Positions 39,271-50,337 are shown, counted from the stretch's first letter. The stretch is DNA of 64,000 bases from Ignavibacteria bacterium (GCA_016873775.1 VGWC01000001.1:10141-74140); one strand, 5' to 3'. A program made the numbers and translations. Notes: generated from the letters alone by a model not told the origin.

Positions 39271-41094
39271 TTATCCGAAATTGACGGTTTTTCCGTTACT
39301 CATAATGTAATTAAACATTATATGCGTAACCCAAATTGCCGTTACCATACTCACAACAATTCCTATCATCAACGTAAGTGCAAAACCTTGAATTGGTCCG
39401 GAACCAAACTGGTATAAAATAACGCCGGTAATAAACGTGGTAATGTTCGAGTCGAAAATTGCAGTGAATGCCTTCTTGTAACCGGCATCAACGGCAGCGC
39501 GTGTTGTTTTTCCCGTCGCTAATTCTTCATGAACACGTTCATTAATCAGTACATTAGCATCAACGGCAACTGCCATCGAAAGAATAATTCCCGCAATTCC
39601 CGGAAGCGTGAGCACTCCTTGAAATCCCGCAAGTATGACAATAAGAAAAATCAGATTGAGAATGATTGCTATATTGGCAACAACTCCCGAAAAATTGTAA
39701 TAGACAATCATAAATAAAATTGTCAGAACAAACGCAAGTAACGACGCAAGTAATCCTTTCTGAATAGAATCTGAACCAAGCGAAGCACCAACGCTTTGTT
39801 GCTCGATAATATCTACAGGTGCAGGAAGCGCTCCTGCTTTCAACACGATTTGTAAAATGTTTGCTTCGGCAACGTCCATTCCTTCGATTTGCGACATTCC
39901 GTTAGGAATTTTTGAACGTACTACAGGCGCCGAATACACTCCTTTATCCAATACAATAGCAATCCGTTTATCGATATTTGCTCCCGTAATTCTTGCCCAT
40001 TCACGCGCTCCTTCGGAATTCATTTCCATATTGACAACTGGTTGATTCAACACAAAATCTACTTTAGCGTTTTCAATTACACCGCCGGTAAGTTCCGGTT
40101 CTTTCCTCGTCATAAACAACGCATAAATTTTCTTTTCATTTTCTGCAATAATCGGTTTTGCTGCCCAATGAAATTGCACATCTGCAGGAATAATTTTTTG
40201 GATTTCTGATAATGATAGAATTTTTATGACCGAATCGCGATGTTCTTCCAACACGTATCCTTCTTGTCCTCCTTGTTGCGGTGGCTGAACGATAGCATAG
40301 AACGGATTTTCTTTTCGTAGTTGTTCGTCGCTTTTGGTTTGAGACGGAGTTATCGAAGATGATGTATCCGTTTTCGTCTCCAACGAATCTTGTTGCTTCA
40401 TTGATGTATCGGAAGTTGCCGTTGTTGTTGAAGTATCTATTCCGTGAAGTTTTGCTAGAGTCCCGTTAATCGCTTCAAACGTTTTGGAAACGATCTCCGG
40501 GTCTTTGAGCAATTTAAATTCCAACAAAGCAGTTCCTTGCAAAAGCGTACGTACCTGCGATTGATTTTTTACCCCCGGAAGTTCTACAATGATGCGAGTG
40601 CTTCCTTGTTTCTGAATAGTTGGTTCCGAAACACCGTATTGGTCAACACGATTGCGAACAATTTCGATGGCGCGGTCAATTGCTGTTGTTGCTTCGGTTT
40701 GCAATTTCGAAATGATAGCGTCGTCGTTTTGTTCTTGCAAATCGCCGTAATACACTGCAAGACGAATATTTTGTTCTGAAAAATTCCTTTGTAAGATGGA
40801 AACTGCATCTTCTGTGCTTGTACGTGCTTCGTTGCGCACCTTTACAAGAGTGTGTTCAAAGTTTTGGTCTTTGTTTTTTGCAAGGTCATCAAACATTTTT
40901 ATGATGTCCACTTCAAGCACAACGCGCATTCCTCCCTGTAAATCGAGACCTAATTTAACGGGAAGAATATTTCCGTAACTTGTTGCGTCATCGCTTAAAC
41001 CCATCGCGCGCGAAATGGGATTCCAAAACAAATAGCCGACTCCCAAAAGAGTACAAGCAAAGATAAATAATACTTTATTTCGATACGGATTCAC
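39271..41094 (-). CDS. secD: Protein translocase subunit SecD.
   Basis: 'LGLDLQGGMRVVLEVD' and the conserved C-terminal TM bundle, 607 aa. Confidence 0.9.
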   Translation of the reverse strand: MNPYRNKVLFIFACTLLGVGYLFWNPISRAMGLSDDATSYGNILPVKLGLDLQGGMRVVLEVDIIKMFDDLAKNKDQNFEHTLVKVRNEARTSTEDAVSILQRNFSEQNIRLAVYYGDLQEQNDDAIISKLQTEATTAIDRAIEIVRNRVDQYGVSEPTIQKQGSTRIIVELPGVKNQSQVRTLLQGTALLEFKLLKDPEIVSKTFEAINGTLAKLHGIDTSTTTATSDTSMKQQDSLETKTDTSSSITPSQTKSDEQLRKENPFYAIVQPPQQGGQEGYVLEEHRDSVIKILSLSEIQKIIPADVQFHWAAKPIIAENEKKIYALFMTRKEPELTGGVIENAKVDFVLNQPVVNMEMNSEGAREWARITGANIDKRIAIVLDKGVYSAPVVRSKIPNGMSQIEGMDVAEANILQIVLKAGALPAPVDIIEQQSVGASLGSDSIQKGLLASLLAFVLTILFMIVYYNFSGVVANIAIILNLIFLIVILAGFQGVLTLPGIAGIILSMAVAVDANVLINERVHEELATGKTTRAAVDAGYKKAFTAIFDSNITTFITGVILYQFGSGPIQGFALTLMIGIVVSMVTAIWVTHIMFNYIMSNGKTVNFG

Positions 41095-41493
41095 GAATAA
41101 TCTCCAGAAATCCTAACTGATGGTAAAATGTGAAAAAATTTGAGGGACAAATATATAGGTTTGAGGGAAAAGAAAAAATATTGTGCGATGAAACCTTTGA
41201 AAAAAATGTCTTTTTGCGTACATCCGCGAATGAAAAATTTTCTACGAAAAAAGGAAGAAGCAACAAGTGCTTTTTCCTTTTCGTTGGGGATTGTTTGTGA
41301 CGGCGCTATGTTTCTTTATTTGAGTACGTTCTCTATTGCCTGCGGTGCTCCAATCACGTCTACAGGAGAGAGAACAATCGTATTACACTTCTACTCAGCA
41401 TTTTCAGTGCCGAAAAGAATCACAACTTCTTCGAGAATGATGACCCCAAGTCTATGAGATGATTCTCGTACACGCTTGCCCCAAATCGTTTTT

Positions 41494-42447
41494 TTATTTC
41501 TCATTATTCACAACGTGCGTTCCTCCCTCACCTTTCACTGCGCGCAATAATTTATCGGGAGAAGTTATGATTGCTTCTATTCCTCCGTTGGAAAGAAAAT
41601 CAATCACTGCTTCAATTTTCGGTCCCATATTCCCCGGCGGAAATTGTCCATCGTTCAAGTATTGTTTTGCTTCTGCAAGAGTGAGATTGTCAAGCATAAT
41701 TTGATTTGGCTCTTTGTAATTCAAACAAACTTTTTCCGCATCGGTGGAAATGATAAAATAATCCGCTTTCAATTTTCTCGCAAGAAATGCCGATGCTCTG
41801 TCTTTATCAATCACTGCTTCCACCCCGACAATGCTTCCGTTCTTTCTGATGACAGGAATTCCACCTCCGCCAACAGAAATCACAATGCAATTTTTTTCCA
41901 CAAGTGAATGAATAATTTCTTCTTCAACGATTTCAATCGGTTTTGGCGATGCAACTACTCTACGATAACCACGTCCTGCATCCTCTTTCATCACCCAGCC
42001 CAATTTCCTTTTCTCTTCAACTTCTTTTTCCTCTTTGTAAAACGGACCAATCGGTTTTGAAGGAAACCAAAAACCAGGGTCATTTTCATCAACAACACAT
42101 TGCGTAACGAGCGTGCAAACATTGAAATGAAGTTTTTTTTTCGCAAGAACATTGTTCATTGATTGTTGCAATAAATATCCCAACATTCCTTGTGTATCTG
42201 CACCACATACATCAAGCGGTTCCGGCGAAACATTGGAAAGTTTTTCTCCCGCTTCCACACGCAGCAATTGATTTCCCACTTGCGGACCGTTTCCGTGCGT
42301 AATCACCAACCGAAAACCGAGTTTCAACAATTCCGCAAGATATTCGCAAGTTTGTTCTACGTTTGCGCGTTGTTCTTCAATTGTTCCTTTTTGTCCGTTG
42401 CGAATAAGTGAATTGCCGCCAATTGCGACAAGGGCAAGTTTGTTCAT
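41494..42447 (-). CDS. arcC: Carbamate kinase.
   Basis: 'MNKLALVAIGGNSL…VITHGNGPQVG' are carbamate kinase motifs. Confidence 0.85.
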   Translation of the reverse strand: MNKLALVAIGGNSLIRNGQKGTIEEQRANVEQTCEYLAELLKLGFRLVITHGNGPQVGNQLLRVEAGEKLSNVSPEPLDVCGADTQGMLGYLLQQSMNNVLAKKKLHFNVCTLVTQCVVDENDPGFWFPSKPIGPFYKEEKEVEEKRKLGWVMKEDAGRGYRRVVASPKPIEIVEEEIIHSLVEKNCIVISVGGGGIPVIRKNGSIVGVEAVIDKDRASAFLARKLKADYFIISTDAEKVCLNYKEPNQIMLDNLTLAEAKQYLNDGQFPPGNMGPKIEAVIDFLSNGGIEAIITSPDKLLRAVKGEGGTHVVNNEK

Positions 42448-42731
42448 AACGTTTAGCATTTCGCGGTTAGCATTCAGCGGTCAGCAAACTACGAACAACT
42501 GTTGGTGATTGCTAAATGCTTATTGCTGGTTCCTACTTCTAATTATATGATTTAATTTTGTTTATCAATGACGAAAGCATCTTTTTAATTTCAACGACAA
42601 CAGTACATAGGTGTAAGTATGTTTCTTCGTTTAGGAATTTCAAATCTCGAAAATCTTTCATTGTAATTATTAAAATGAAGATAACACTAAAGTAAAATTA
42701 TAACTGATTACTGAATGCCGAATGCTAACAA

Positions 42732-43676
42732 CTAATCACGAAGTAATTTATACATAATCGTTTTTTGCACATGCAAACGATTTTCTGCTTCTTGAAACAC
42801 GACAGAATTTTTTGAATCAATAACTTCATCCGTTACTTCATCATTGCGATGAGCGGGAAGACAGTGCATAAAAAGATAATCGCTTTTTGCATTCTTCACC
42901 AATTTCGCATTCACTTGATACGGGAGGAAAATTTTCTTGCGCTGCTCTGATTCACTTTCTTGCCCCATACTCGCCCAAACATCGGTGTAAATTGCGTCAG
43001 CATTTTTTACTGCTTCTATGACATCATTCGTAATAAGAATTTTCGCGCCTGTTTTCATGGCAACTTCTTTTGCTTGTGAAACAATTTCTTCATTGGGTTC
43101 ATATCCTTTCGGAGTAGCAACGGCAAATGTGCAACCAATTCTCGCCGCAAGCAGCATCAAGGAATGTGCAACATTATTTCCATCTCCGACAAATGCGAGT
43201 TTCGTTTTCGATACATCTTTCTTGAATTCTGAAACCGTAAAATAATCCGCCATTGCTTGACACGGATGTTCTACATCGGTTAAGCCGTTGATGACGGGAA
43301 TATTTGCGTGTTCTGCAAGTTGCGTGCAAACAGTATGCGCAAACGTACGAATCATTATTCCGTTCACCATTCGTTCAAGATTTTTTGCAACATCGTAAAA
43401 TGACTCACGCACGCCGATTCTGTTTTTTTCCGATGAAGCATAAAAAAGCGAATCACCGCCGAGTTGTTTTATTCCGACATCGAACGTAACGTGCGTTCGG
43501 AGCGATGGCTTTTCAAAAATGAGCATCAAGATTTTTCCATCCAGTTTTTTTCGATACGCTTTAGGATTTTTCTTCATCGCTTTTGTAAGCGAAAATATTT
43601 TGAAAATTTCTTCAGTCGAGAAATCAAGAACGGAAAGAAAATCCCGTCCTTTCAGTTGTTGTTTTGTTTTTGGCAT
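42732..43676 (-). CDS. argF: Ornithine carbamoyltransferase.
   Basis: 'STRTR' carbamoyl-phosphate motif (FEKPSLRTHV), 'DVWASMGQE' and 'HCLPAHR' ornithine-binding motifs. Confidence 0.88.
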   Translation of the reverse strand: MPKTKQQLKGRDFLSVLDFSTEEIFKIFSLTKAMKKNPKAYRKKLDGKILMLIFEKPSLRTHVTFDVGIKQLGGDSLFYASSEKNRIGVRESFYDVAKNLERMVNGIMIRTFAHTVCTQLAEHANIPVINGLTDVEHPCQAMADYFTVSEFKKDVSKTKLAFVGDGNNVAHSLMLLAARIGCTFAVATPKGYEPNEEIVSQAKEVAMKTGAKILITNDVIEAVKNADAIYTDVWASMGQESESEQRKKIFLPYQVNAKLVKNAKSDYLFMHCLPAHRNDEVTDEVIDSKNSVVFQEAENRLHVQKTIMYKLLRD

Positions 43677-43884
43677 AAAATAATTTGTAGTTTGATTGGG
43701 TTACAAAAAATATGTTAGAGTGTTGTATGCACTTCTTCGCAAAAAATTTGAACGTAATATATAACAGTAGGGAAAACTTTCACGAACACATCCGTATCAA
43801 TCCTAACATCTGTTTTTGTCGCGGCAACGATGAAAAGCGTATCATATTAAAAACTATGATTGCAAATTCGCGATTATGCGTTAT

Positions 43885-44763
43885 TCATACTCGAGAAAAT
43901 TCTCTCAAAAATTGTTTCACTTCATCTTGTTCATTTTCTTTCAGCGGCATCAATGGCGAACGCGGCGCTCCTCCAAAATATCCGATACAATCCATTGCAA
44001 ATTTCAATCCAGCAACGCCATATTTTGATGTAACTGCTTTTGCGAGCGGAATAATTTTCCATTGCAATTGTCTCGCTTCTTCCATCTTTCCTCCGTCGAA
44101 TAATTGTTTAATGTGAATACATTCATTCGGAATTATATTTGCAACGGCAAGAACTCCGCCGCAAGCGCCAAGTGATAACGCTGTAAAGAACGTCGGCGCA
44201 TTTCCGACAAACAAAGAAAAACTTTTTGGCACGGAAGAAATAATCTCAGCAAACTGCAACATATTTCCCGAACTATCTTTCATTCCGATAATGTTCGGAT
44301 GTTCCGCAAGTTTCGCAACTGCATCAACAGAAATATTCACGCCGGTATTTGCTGGAACATTATACAGTAAAATTTTTATGTTTGAATGTTCTGCGATTTC
44401 GAAATAATGTTTGTAAAAAACTTCCGATGTCAATGACGATTTGTAGAACGATGGCGTAATCACGAGCACGTATTCAACATTCATTTCTGCGACCTTATGG
44501 ATAAATAAAATCGTTTCTTTTGTTGATTCACTTCCTGCACCGACAAGAAAAATTTTGTTTGTCGGAACAATTTCTTTCGCCGCTTCAACGAGTTGCAGTT
44601 TTTCTTTTTCATTCAACATCACCGCTTCGCCATTGGAACCAAGAACAAGTATTCCTGCAAGTTCTGTTTGTAACAACTTGTGAATATTGCTTTTCAATTT
44701 ATCAACAGCAATCTCTTGATTAATAAACGGAGTTGCAATGGGAGGAATAATTCCACGTAACAT
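43885..44763 (-). CDS. DapA/DHDPS-NAL family lyase. Either a dihydrodipicolinate synthase or a HOGA-like aldolase/deaminase.
   Basis: 'GIIPPIATPF…GILVLGSNGE' and a Schiff-base Lys context 'GMKDSSGN', 292 aa. Confidence 0.8.
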   Translation of the reverse strand: MLRGIIPPIATPFINQEIAVDKLKSNIHKLLQTELAGILVLGSNGEAVMLNEKEKLQLVEAAKEIVPTNKIFLVGAGSESTKETILFIHKVAEMNVEYVLVITPSFYKSSLTSEVFYKHYFEIAEHSNIKILLYNVPANTGVNISVDAVAKLAEHPNIIGMKDSSGNMLQFAEIISSVPKSFSLFVGNAPTFFTALSLGACGGVLAVANIIPNECIHIKQLFDGGKMEEARQLQWKIIPLAKAVTSKYGVAGLKFAMDCIGYFGGAPRSPLMPLKENEQDEVKQFLREFSRV

Positions 44764-44935
44764 AACTTCTCTTGTACTAATTTAGAAAAATTCAAATTCC
44801 AAATTTCCAATAACAAATAAATCTCAAATTACGAATTCTGTTACTTGTAATATTTTGAATTTTGATTTTGGAATTTATTTGAAATTTGGTTTTTGTTATT
44901 TGTAATTTACTTTCGGAAAAAATTATTCTTCAGAT

Positions 44936-45925
44936 TTAAGAAAACATACTTTTCATTACAAACCACACATTCGCCGGACGTTCTGCAAGACGTCGCATAT
45001 ACCACGGAAACCAATACGAACCGTAACTAATCAACGCGCGAACCTTGTATCCTTCGCTCGCTAATTTCGTTTGCACGGTATTTTTTATTCCGTACAGCAT
45101 TTGAAATTCATACACATCGTTCGGAATATTATTTTTCTCCGCGAACTTTTTTATTTGTTTGTGCATCGTTTCATCGTGCGTTCCAAAACCAATGCGGCGA
45201 ATATTATTCGGAATCGCTTTCAGCAACATTTCCGAAAGGAGCATAAAATTTTTGTCAACATCACTCTTTTTATGAAATGCAACTTCGGAAGATTCTTTGT
45301 ATGCTCCTTTAACTAACCGAATCGAAGGAGAAATGGAAAGAAGTTTTTCCAAATCTTCTTGTGTGCGATAGAGATACGCCTGCAAACACAATCCGACATT
45401 TTCAAATTCGCCGCGAATCGTTTTGTAAAAATCAATTGTGCGAGGTACGTATGGAGAACTTTCAATATCGAGCCATAAAAAGTTGTTGAACTCGTTCGCT
45501 CGTGAACACAAAGCACGAACATTATTCAACGTTGCTTCTTCATCAATATCGAAACCCAGTTGTGTAAGTTTCACAGAAATTTCTGTAGGAAGTTTTTGTA
45601 CTGAAATTTTTTCCAACACGTCAAGATAATGGTTGCGAACATTTTTTCCTTCGTTCAGTTCAGAAATATTTTCTCCCAAACACGTCAATACAGTTGTAAT
45701 GTTATTCAGAGAATATTTTTTTGCTTCCATCAATGCGTATTCAACTTCTTCTCCCGGCATAAATCGCTTTACCGCATTTTGCACAAAACGATATTTCGGT
45801 AACGTATTTTTGAGCCACACATTCGTGGAGCAAAAGAGAAGAAAGTTTTTAAGTACGTTCATTTCAATAAAATGAGATTCAAGTAATAAATGCAACAAAA
45901 TACGGAAGAATGAGAGAACGGTCAT
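44936..45925 (-). CDS. Proline dehydrogenase family protein.
   Basis: 'IRLVKGAYKE' and the surrounding PRODH TIM-barrel motifs. The start may be the internal Met (MNVLKN…). Confidence 0.8.
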   Translation of the reverse strand: MTVLSFFRILLHLLLESHFIEMNVLKNFLLFCSTNVWLKNTLPKYRFVQNAVKRFMPGEEVEYALMEAKKYSLNNITTVLTCLGENISELNEGKNVRNHYLDVLEKISVQKLPTEISVKLTQLGFDIDEEATLNNVRALCSRANEFNNFLWLDIESSPYVPRTIDFYKTIRGEFENVGLCLQAYLYRTQEDLEKLLSISPSIRLVKGAYKESSEVAFHKKSDVDKNFMLLSEMLLKAIPNNIRRIGFGTHDETMHKQIKKFAEKNNIPNDVYEFQMLYGIKNTVQTKLASEGYKVRALISYGSYWFPWYMRRLAERPANVWFVMKSMFS

Positions 45926-46040
45926 AAGTTATTTTCACCATAAAAATGTTGTTTCTCTATGTACTTCTTCGTATGTTTTCAGGGAAAAATAATGAAAGTT
46001 TATTCTTAAAGAAAAACAACACTCACGAACACAAACCTAT

Positions 46041-46556
46041 ATGATGAAGAACATTCTCCTCCTCTTATTTCTCCTACATTTTTCCGTTCATTCATTTTCT
46101 CAGGAATCGCTTACGCGAGGGAAAAATATACTCACGGGAACGTGGCATGGAAATGAAATACGGTACTTTGAACAAATCATTTCTTTTTTTCTGAAGAAAA
46201 AAATTCCCCTTGATTCGGCGCTCACGATTGAAAAAAAATACGGCGGCACACTGAAACAATACGATGCTGACGATGGTTATGTTGTTATCGAAATGCCCAA
46301 AGAGACCGATATTCTTCAACGCATCGCCGAATTGGAACTGGATTCGACATTGCACGGAGTTTCGCCACTCATTCAAATATTTCAGGAACATTATCGTACA
46401 AAAGAACAAGAAAAACAAGCACGAAAAAAAATAGAACAGATACAGAAAAAATTACGAGAGAATCCATCCGCTGTTGATAGCGCAAATAAATCTTCGTTGA
46501 GAACTCCCAAGAAAAAAATGCGCCCATCACAACCAACGACAAAACATAACGACTGA
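46041..46556 (+). CDS. Secreted hypothetical protein with a Lys/Glu-rich tail.
   Basis: Signal peptide (MMKNILLLLFLLHFSVHSFSQ) and no recognised domain. Confidence 0.35.
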   Translation: MMKNILLLLFLLHFSVHSFSQESLTRGKNILTGTWHGNEIRYFEQIISFFLKKKIPLDSALTIEKKYGGTLKQYDADDGYVVIEMPKETDILQRIAELELDSTLHGVSPLIQIFQEHYRTKEQEKQARKKIEQIQKKLRENPSAVDSANKSSLRTPKKKMRPSQPTTKHND

Positions 46557-46571
46557 TAAACGAACAACGGA

Positions 46572-48635
46572 ATGAAAACAGTTTTTCTAGTGTACTGCGT
46601 AATATTTTTTTCTCCGTTGAGTACGAATGCACAGCCGTTTCAGCGAGAAGCACATTCTATCACTTGCACAATCAGCGGAAATGCGCTCGCGCTTCCATTT
46701 ACGGGAGGAATCAATGCGCCGAATCATCAATTTTTCGATGTGGACGGCGACAACGATTTCGATATGTTTATTTTTGATTCCGATTTAACTCTCGATTTTT
46801 ATCGCAATACAGGAACTTCTTCTTTTCCGCAATTTCAATTAGCAACTGGAGAATTTTCGCTTCCTCCGTTTTCTATGTGGTTTCTTTTCCTCGATTTAAA
46901 CGGCGATGGATTGAACGATTTCTGCTGCGACGATTTTCAAAACGGCGTACGTTATTATGTGAACAACGGAAGCGCAACAAATCCGCACTTCATCATCGCT
47001 GATTCTTCGCTTCACGATATCGAAGGGAATATTGTTTTTGGTGGTTTAAACAGTATTCCTGCATTTGCCGATATTGACCACGACAACGATTTGGATTTTT
47101 TTTCCGTGAACAGCGCAAGCGGAACATTGAATTTTTACAGAAACGTCGGAACAATTTCATCTCCAATGTTTCAGTTCATCACTGATTTCTGGCAAGGTAT
47201 TCAAATCATCGGTGGAAAAAACGAAACGCAAAAACACGGCGCTGCTGCATTACGTTTCGGCGATTTGGACAACAACGGTTTTCCCGACTTGCTCTACGGC
47301 GATTTGTTTTCCTTTGGGATGTATTATTTTCATAACGTTGCCGATTCGATGATGCAGATAACGGGATTTTTCCCAGAGAACGACCCCATCACTTCCTTTG
47401 GTTTCAATATGCCGATGCTTGTAGATATTGATTCGGATGCAGATTTGGATTTATTTGTTGGCGGACTTCATCCGGGAACTTCGCAGAACAGTTTTACTTT
47501 TTATCAAAACATCGGTACCGCTTCTTCCTTTCAATACCAACGCATCACGGATAATTTTCTCACGATGATTGACATTGGAAAAAATTCGCATCCTGCATTT
47601 TGCGATATTGACGGAGACAACGACGAAGATTTTTTTATCGGAAGCGTTGACAGAGGAGTTTTCTTTTTCCTAAATACGGGAACACAGACTCAACCGAATT
47701 TTCTTCTCGCCGATTCGCATTTCGCAAACGTAACAGGAAATTACGATTACGACCCAACATTCGTTGATATTGATGACGACAACGATTATGATATGTTTGT
47801 CGGAAATTTTTCCGGAAAATTTTCTTTCTACAAAAATTACGGAACGCCAACGACTCCTTCTCTAACGCTTACTCCGTCTCCAGCAAGCGATACCATTCGT
47901 GTTTCGCAGAGTCTTTCTCCCGCATTTGTTGATATTGACGCTGATAACGATGTTGATCTATTTGTGGGAAAACCAAACGGAACGCTTGCTTTTTATCGCA
48001 ATAGTGGAAATGCAACAATTTTTCTTCCCGTATTGGAAAGTGTTTCGTATCAAAATATTTCCGTTCAACAATTTGCAAAACCGTTCTTCTGCGATTTCGA
48101 TGGCGATGAAGATTATGATTTATTCATAGGCAACAGCATTGGGAGCGTTGCGTATTTTGAGAACATTGGCTCTCCTATGAATCCGCAATTCTTTTTGAAC
48201 ACGAATCAGTTCGCAAATACAGATAAAGCATCGGAAGTTGACCCTACGCTTATTGATATTGACAACGATAATGATTGGGATTTATTCCTCGGAAATTTTC
48301 ACGGAGGAGTACAATTGTACAGAAATAAAAAATTTACCAATGAAGTTCCTTCCAGCAATTATGAAACAACATCATTTGTTCTTACTCAAAATTTTCCGAA
48401 TCCGTTTAATCCGACGACTGCTATACACTTTACATTATCCACTGCTGCACTTACCTCGTTGAAAGTATATGATATTCTTGGAAAGGAAGTTGCAACATTG
48501 ATTAACAGGAGAATAATGAATGAAGGAAAACACGAAATCGAATTTGATGCAACGAATCTTGCAAGCGGAATATATGTTTATCGTTTGCAATCGGGGAACC
48601 GTTCAGAAATAAAGAAAATGGTATTGCTTCGGTAA
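46572..48635 (+). CDS. FG-GAP/VCBS-repeat β-propeller protein with a T9SS C-terminal sorting domain.
   Basis: Signal peptide. About 10 repeats of the form 'F.D.D.D.D.D.F…' (FFDVDGDNDFDMF, FADIDHDNDLDFF, FCDIDGDNDEDFF, FVDIDDDNDYDMF, etc.). C-terminal CTD 'NFPNPFNPTTAIHF…LKVYDILGKEVATL…GIYVYRLQ'. Confidence 0.75.
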   Translation: MKTVFLVYCVIFFSPLSTNAQPFQREAHSITCTISGNALALPFTGGINAPNHQFFDVDGDNDFDMFIFDSDLTLDFYRNTGTSSFPQFQLATGEFSLPPFSMWFLFLDLNGDGLNDFCCDDFQNGVRYYVNNGSATNPHFIIADSSLHDIEGNIVFGGLNSIPAFADIDHDNDLDFFSVNSASGTLNFYRNVGTISSPMFQFITDFWQGIQIIGGKNETQKHGAAALRFGDLDNNGFPDLLYGDLFSFGMYYFHNVADSMMQITGFFPENDPITSFGFNMPMLVDIDSDADLDLFVGGLHPGTSQNSFTFYQNIGTASSFQYQRITDNFLTMIDIGKNSHPAFCDIDGDNDEDFFIGSVDRGVFFFLNTGTQTQPNFLLADSHFANVTGNYDYDPTFVDIDDDNDYDMFVGNFSGKFSFYKNYGTPTTPSLTLTPSPASDTIRVSQSLSPAFVDIDADNDVDLFVGKPNGTLAFYRNSGNATIFLPVLESVSYQNISVQQFAKPFFCDFDGDEDYDLFIGNSIGSVAYFENIGSPMNPQFFLNTNQFANTDKASEVDPTLIDIDNDNDWDLFLGNFHGGVQLYRNKKFTNEVPSSNYETTSFVLTQNFPNPFNPTTAIHFTLSTAALTSLKVYDILGKEVATLINRRIMNEGKHEIEFDATNLASGIYVYRLQSGNRSEIKKMVLLR
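48387..48552 (+). repeat. Copy 1 of a 166-bp exactly duplicated T9SS-CTD-coding segment.
   Basis: By direct comparison, 48387–48552 reads the same as 53970–54135 (caaaattttccgaatccgtttaatccgacgactgctatacac … cgaaatcgaatttgatgcaa). Flanking sequence on both sides is unrelated. Confidence 0.8.
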
Positions 48636-48730
48636 AATTGTTCACACACGAATTTTCTTTGTTATATTTACCACAGATTTTTTACAAATCGCAAGGCAAT
48701 TTTTAAAAAAAGAATTCGGAGGTTTTTTTT

Positions 48731-50305
48731 ATGCCTAAACTTTTTCTCGTTTTCGGAATTTCATTTTCTCTTCTCGTCTTTCCGCATTTACTCATTTCCC
48801 AAATTCAAAATGTTCGCGTAAGCAGTCCATCAAGCACATCACCCGAAGAAGTATCCATTGCTATCAATCCCACAAATCCTGATAATCTCATTGCCGGCGC
48901 CAATATCCGATTCACATATTATTCAACAAATGCGGGACAATCGTGGACACAAGGACAATTGCCGCAAGGAACGTGGGGAGATCCGTGTGTTCTATTTGAC
49001 GTCAACGGAAGAGCATATTATGCGCATCTTTCCAATCCTTCAGGCGGGTATTTTATTGAACGTCTCATCATTCATCGTTCAACAAACGGCGGAATACGTT
49101 GGCACGATTCCGTTGACATTGGTTACAATCCTCCGAAACAACAGGACAAAGAATGGCTTGCTGTTGATAATACAAATTCTCCGTTCAGAAATTCATTGTA
49201 TATGACGTGGACAGAATTTGATGATTACGGAAGTTCCAATCCCCTCGATAGTTCACGAATTTTATTTGCACGCTCGTTGGATTCCGGAACAACGTGGACA
49301 ACGCCGAAAAAAATCTGCGACAAAAGCGGCGATTGTATTGATAGCGATAATACTGTTGAAGGCGCAGTTCCTGCAGTTGGTCCCAACGGCGAAATTTATA
49401 CTTCGTGGTCAGGACCGCTTGGAATAATGTTCGACAAATCTGCCGACGGCGGAAATACGTGGGGAACAGATGTTTTTGTTGCAACACAACCGGGAGGGTG
49501 GGATTTCGATGTTCCGGGAATTTATCGCGCAAACGGATTACCAATTACTGCCTGCGATGTTAGCAATTCACCGTATCGCGGAAATATTTATGTTGCTTGG
49601 AGCGACCAACGCAACGGTGCAAACAATACTGATATTTTTGTAATAAAATCTACGAACGGCGGAAATACGTGGGGGGCAATAAAAAAAGTGAACGATGATA
49701 TAACTGCGTCGCAGCAATTTTTTGTATGGATGACGATTGACCAAACAACCGGAAATGTATATTTTGTTTTTTACGACAGAAGAAATACGACGGGAAATGC
49801 AACAGATGTGTATGTTGCACAATCGAGCGACGGCGGTGAAACATTTGTGAACTTCAAAGTCAGTCAATCGTCGTTTGTTCCGAATTCATCCGTGTTTTTC
49901 GGAGATTACATTTGCATCGCCGCTCACAACAGAAAAATATATCCGCTATGGACACGAATGGATAATTCAAACTTAAGCGTGTGGACTGCGATAATCACTG
50001 ATACAACAAATGTTGGCGTGAATGATGAATCACAACTTCCTTCCGATTTTATCCTCTCGCAAAATTTTCCTAATCCGTTTAATCCGCAAACAACAATCCC
50101 GTTTGCGCTGAACAATGATGGATTTGTGTCACTAAAAATTTTTGACATCTTGGGAAGAGAAGTTGCTTCTCTCGTGAACGCACACATTCAAGCGGGAACG
50201 TATAATATTACGTGGAACGCAACGAATGTTTCGAGCGGGATTTATCTTTGTCGGTTACAATCGAAAGAGTTTTCTACATACAAAAAAATGTTTCTTCACA
50301 AATAA
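48731..50305 (+). CDS. BNR-repeat (sialidase/glycosyl-hydrolase-like) protein with a T9SS CTD.
   Basis: Six Asp-box/BNR motifs (STNAGQSW, STNGGIRW, SLDSGTTW, SADGGNTW, STNGGNTW, SSDGGETF), a signal peptide, and a CTD 'NFPNPFNPQTTIPF…LKIFDILGREVASL'. GGAGG lies 9 nt upstream of the ATG. Confidence 0.75.
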   Translation: MPKLFLVFGISFSLLVFPHLLISQIQNVRVSSPSSTSPEEVSIAINPTNPDNLIAGANIRFTYYSTNAGQSWTQGQLPQGTWGDPCVLFDVNGRAYYAHLSNPSGGYFIERLIIHRSTNGGIRWHDSVDIGYNPPKQQDKEWLAVDNTNSPFRNSLYMTWTEFDDYGSSNPLDSSRILFARSLDSGTTWTTPKKICDKSGDCIDSDNTVEGAVPAVGPNGEIYTSWSGPLGIMFDKSADGGNTWGTDVFVATQPGGWDFDVPGIYRANGLPITACDVSNSPYRGNIYVAWSDQRNGANNTDIFVIKSTNGGNTWGAIKKVNDDITASQQFFVWMTIDQTTGNVYFVFYDRRNTTGNATDVYVAQSSDGGETFVNFKVSQSSFVPNSSVFFGDYICIAAHNRKIYPLWTRMDNSNLSVWTAIITDTTNVGVNDESQLPSDFILSQNFPNPFNPQTTIPFALNNDGFVSLKIFDILGREVASLVNAHIQAGTYNITWNATNVSSGIYLCRLQSKEFSTYKKMFLHK

Positions 50306-50337
50306 TTTTACTGAACAAATTTTCGGAGGTTCTTTTT

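Noticed and set aside
41494-43676. Complete arginine deiminase (arcABC) operon
   Set aside because: Only carbamate kinase and an ornithine-type carbamoyltransferase are present. No arginine deiminase gene is recognisable in the window, so the pathway assignment is left open.
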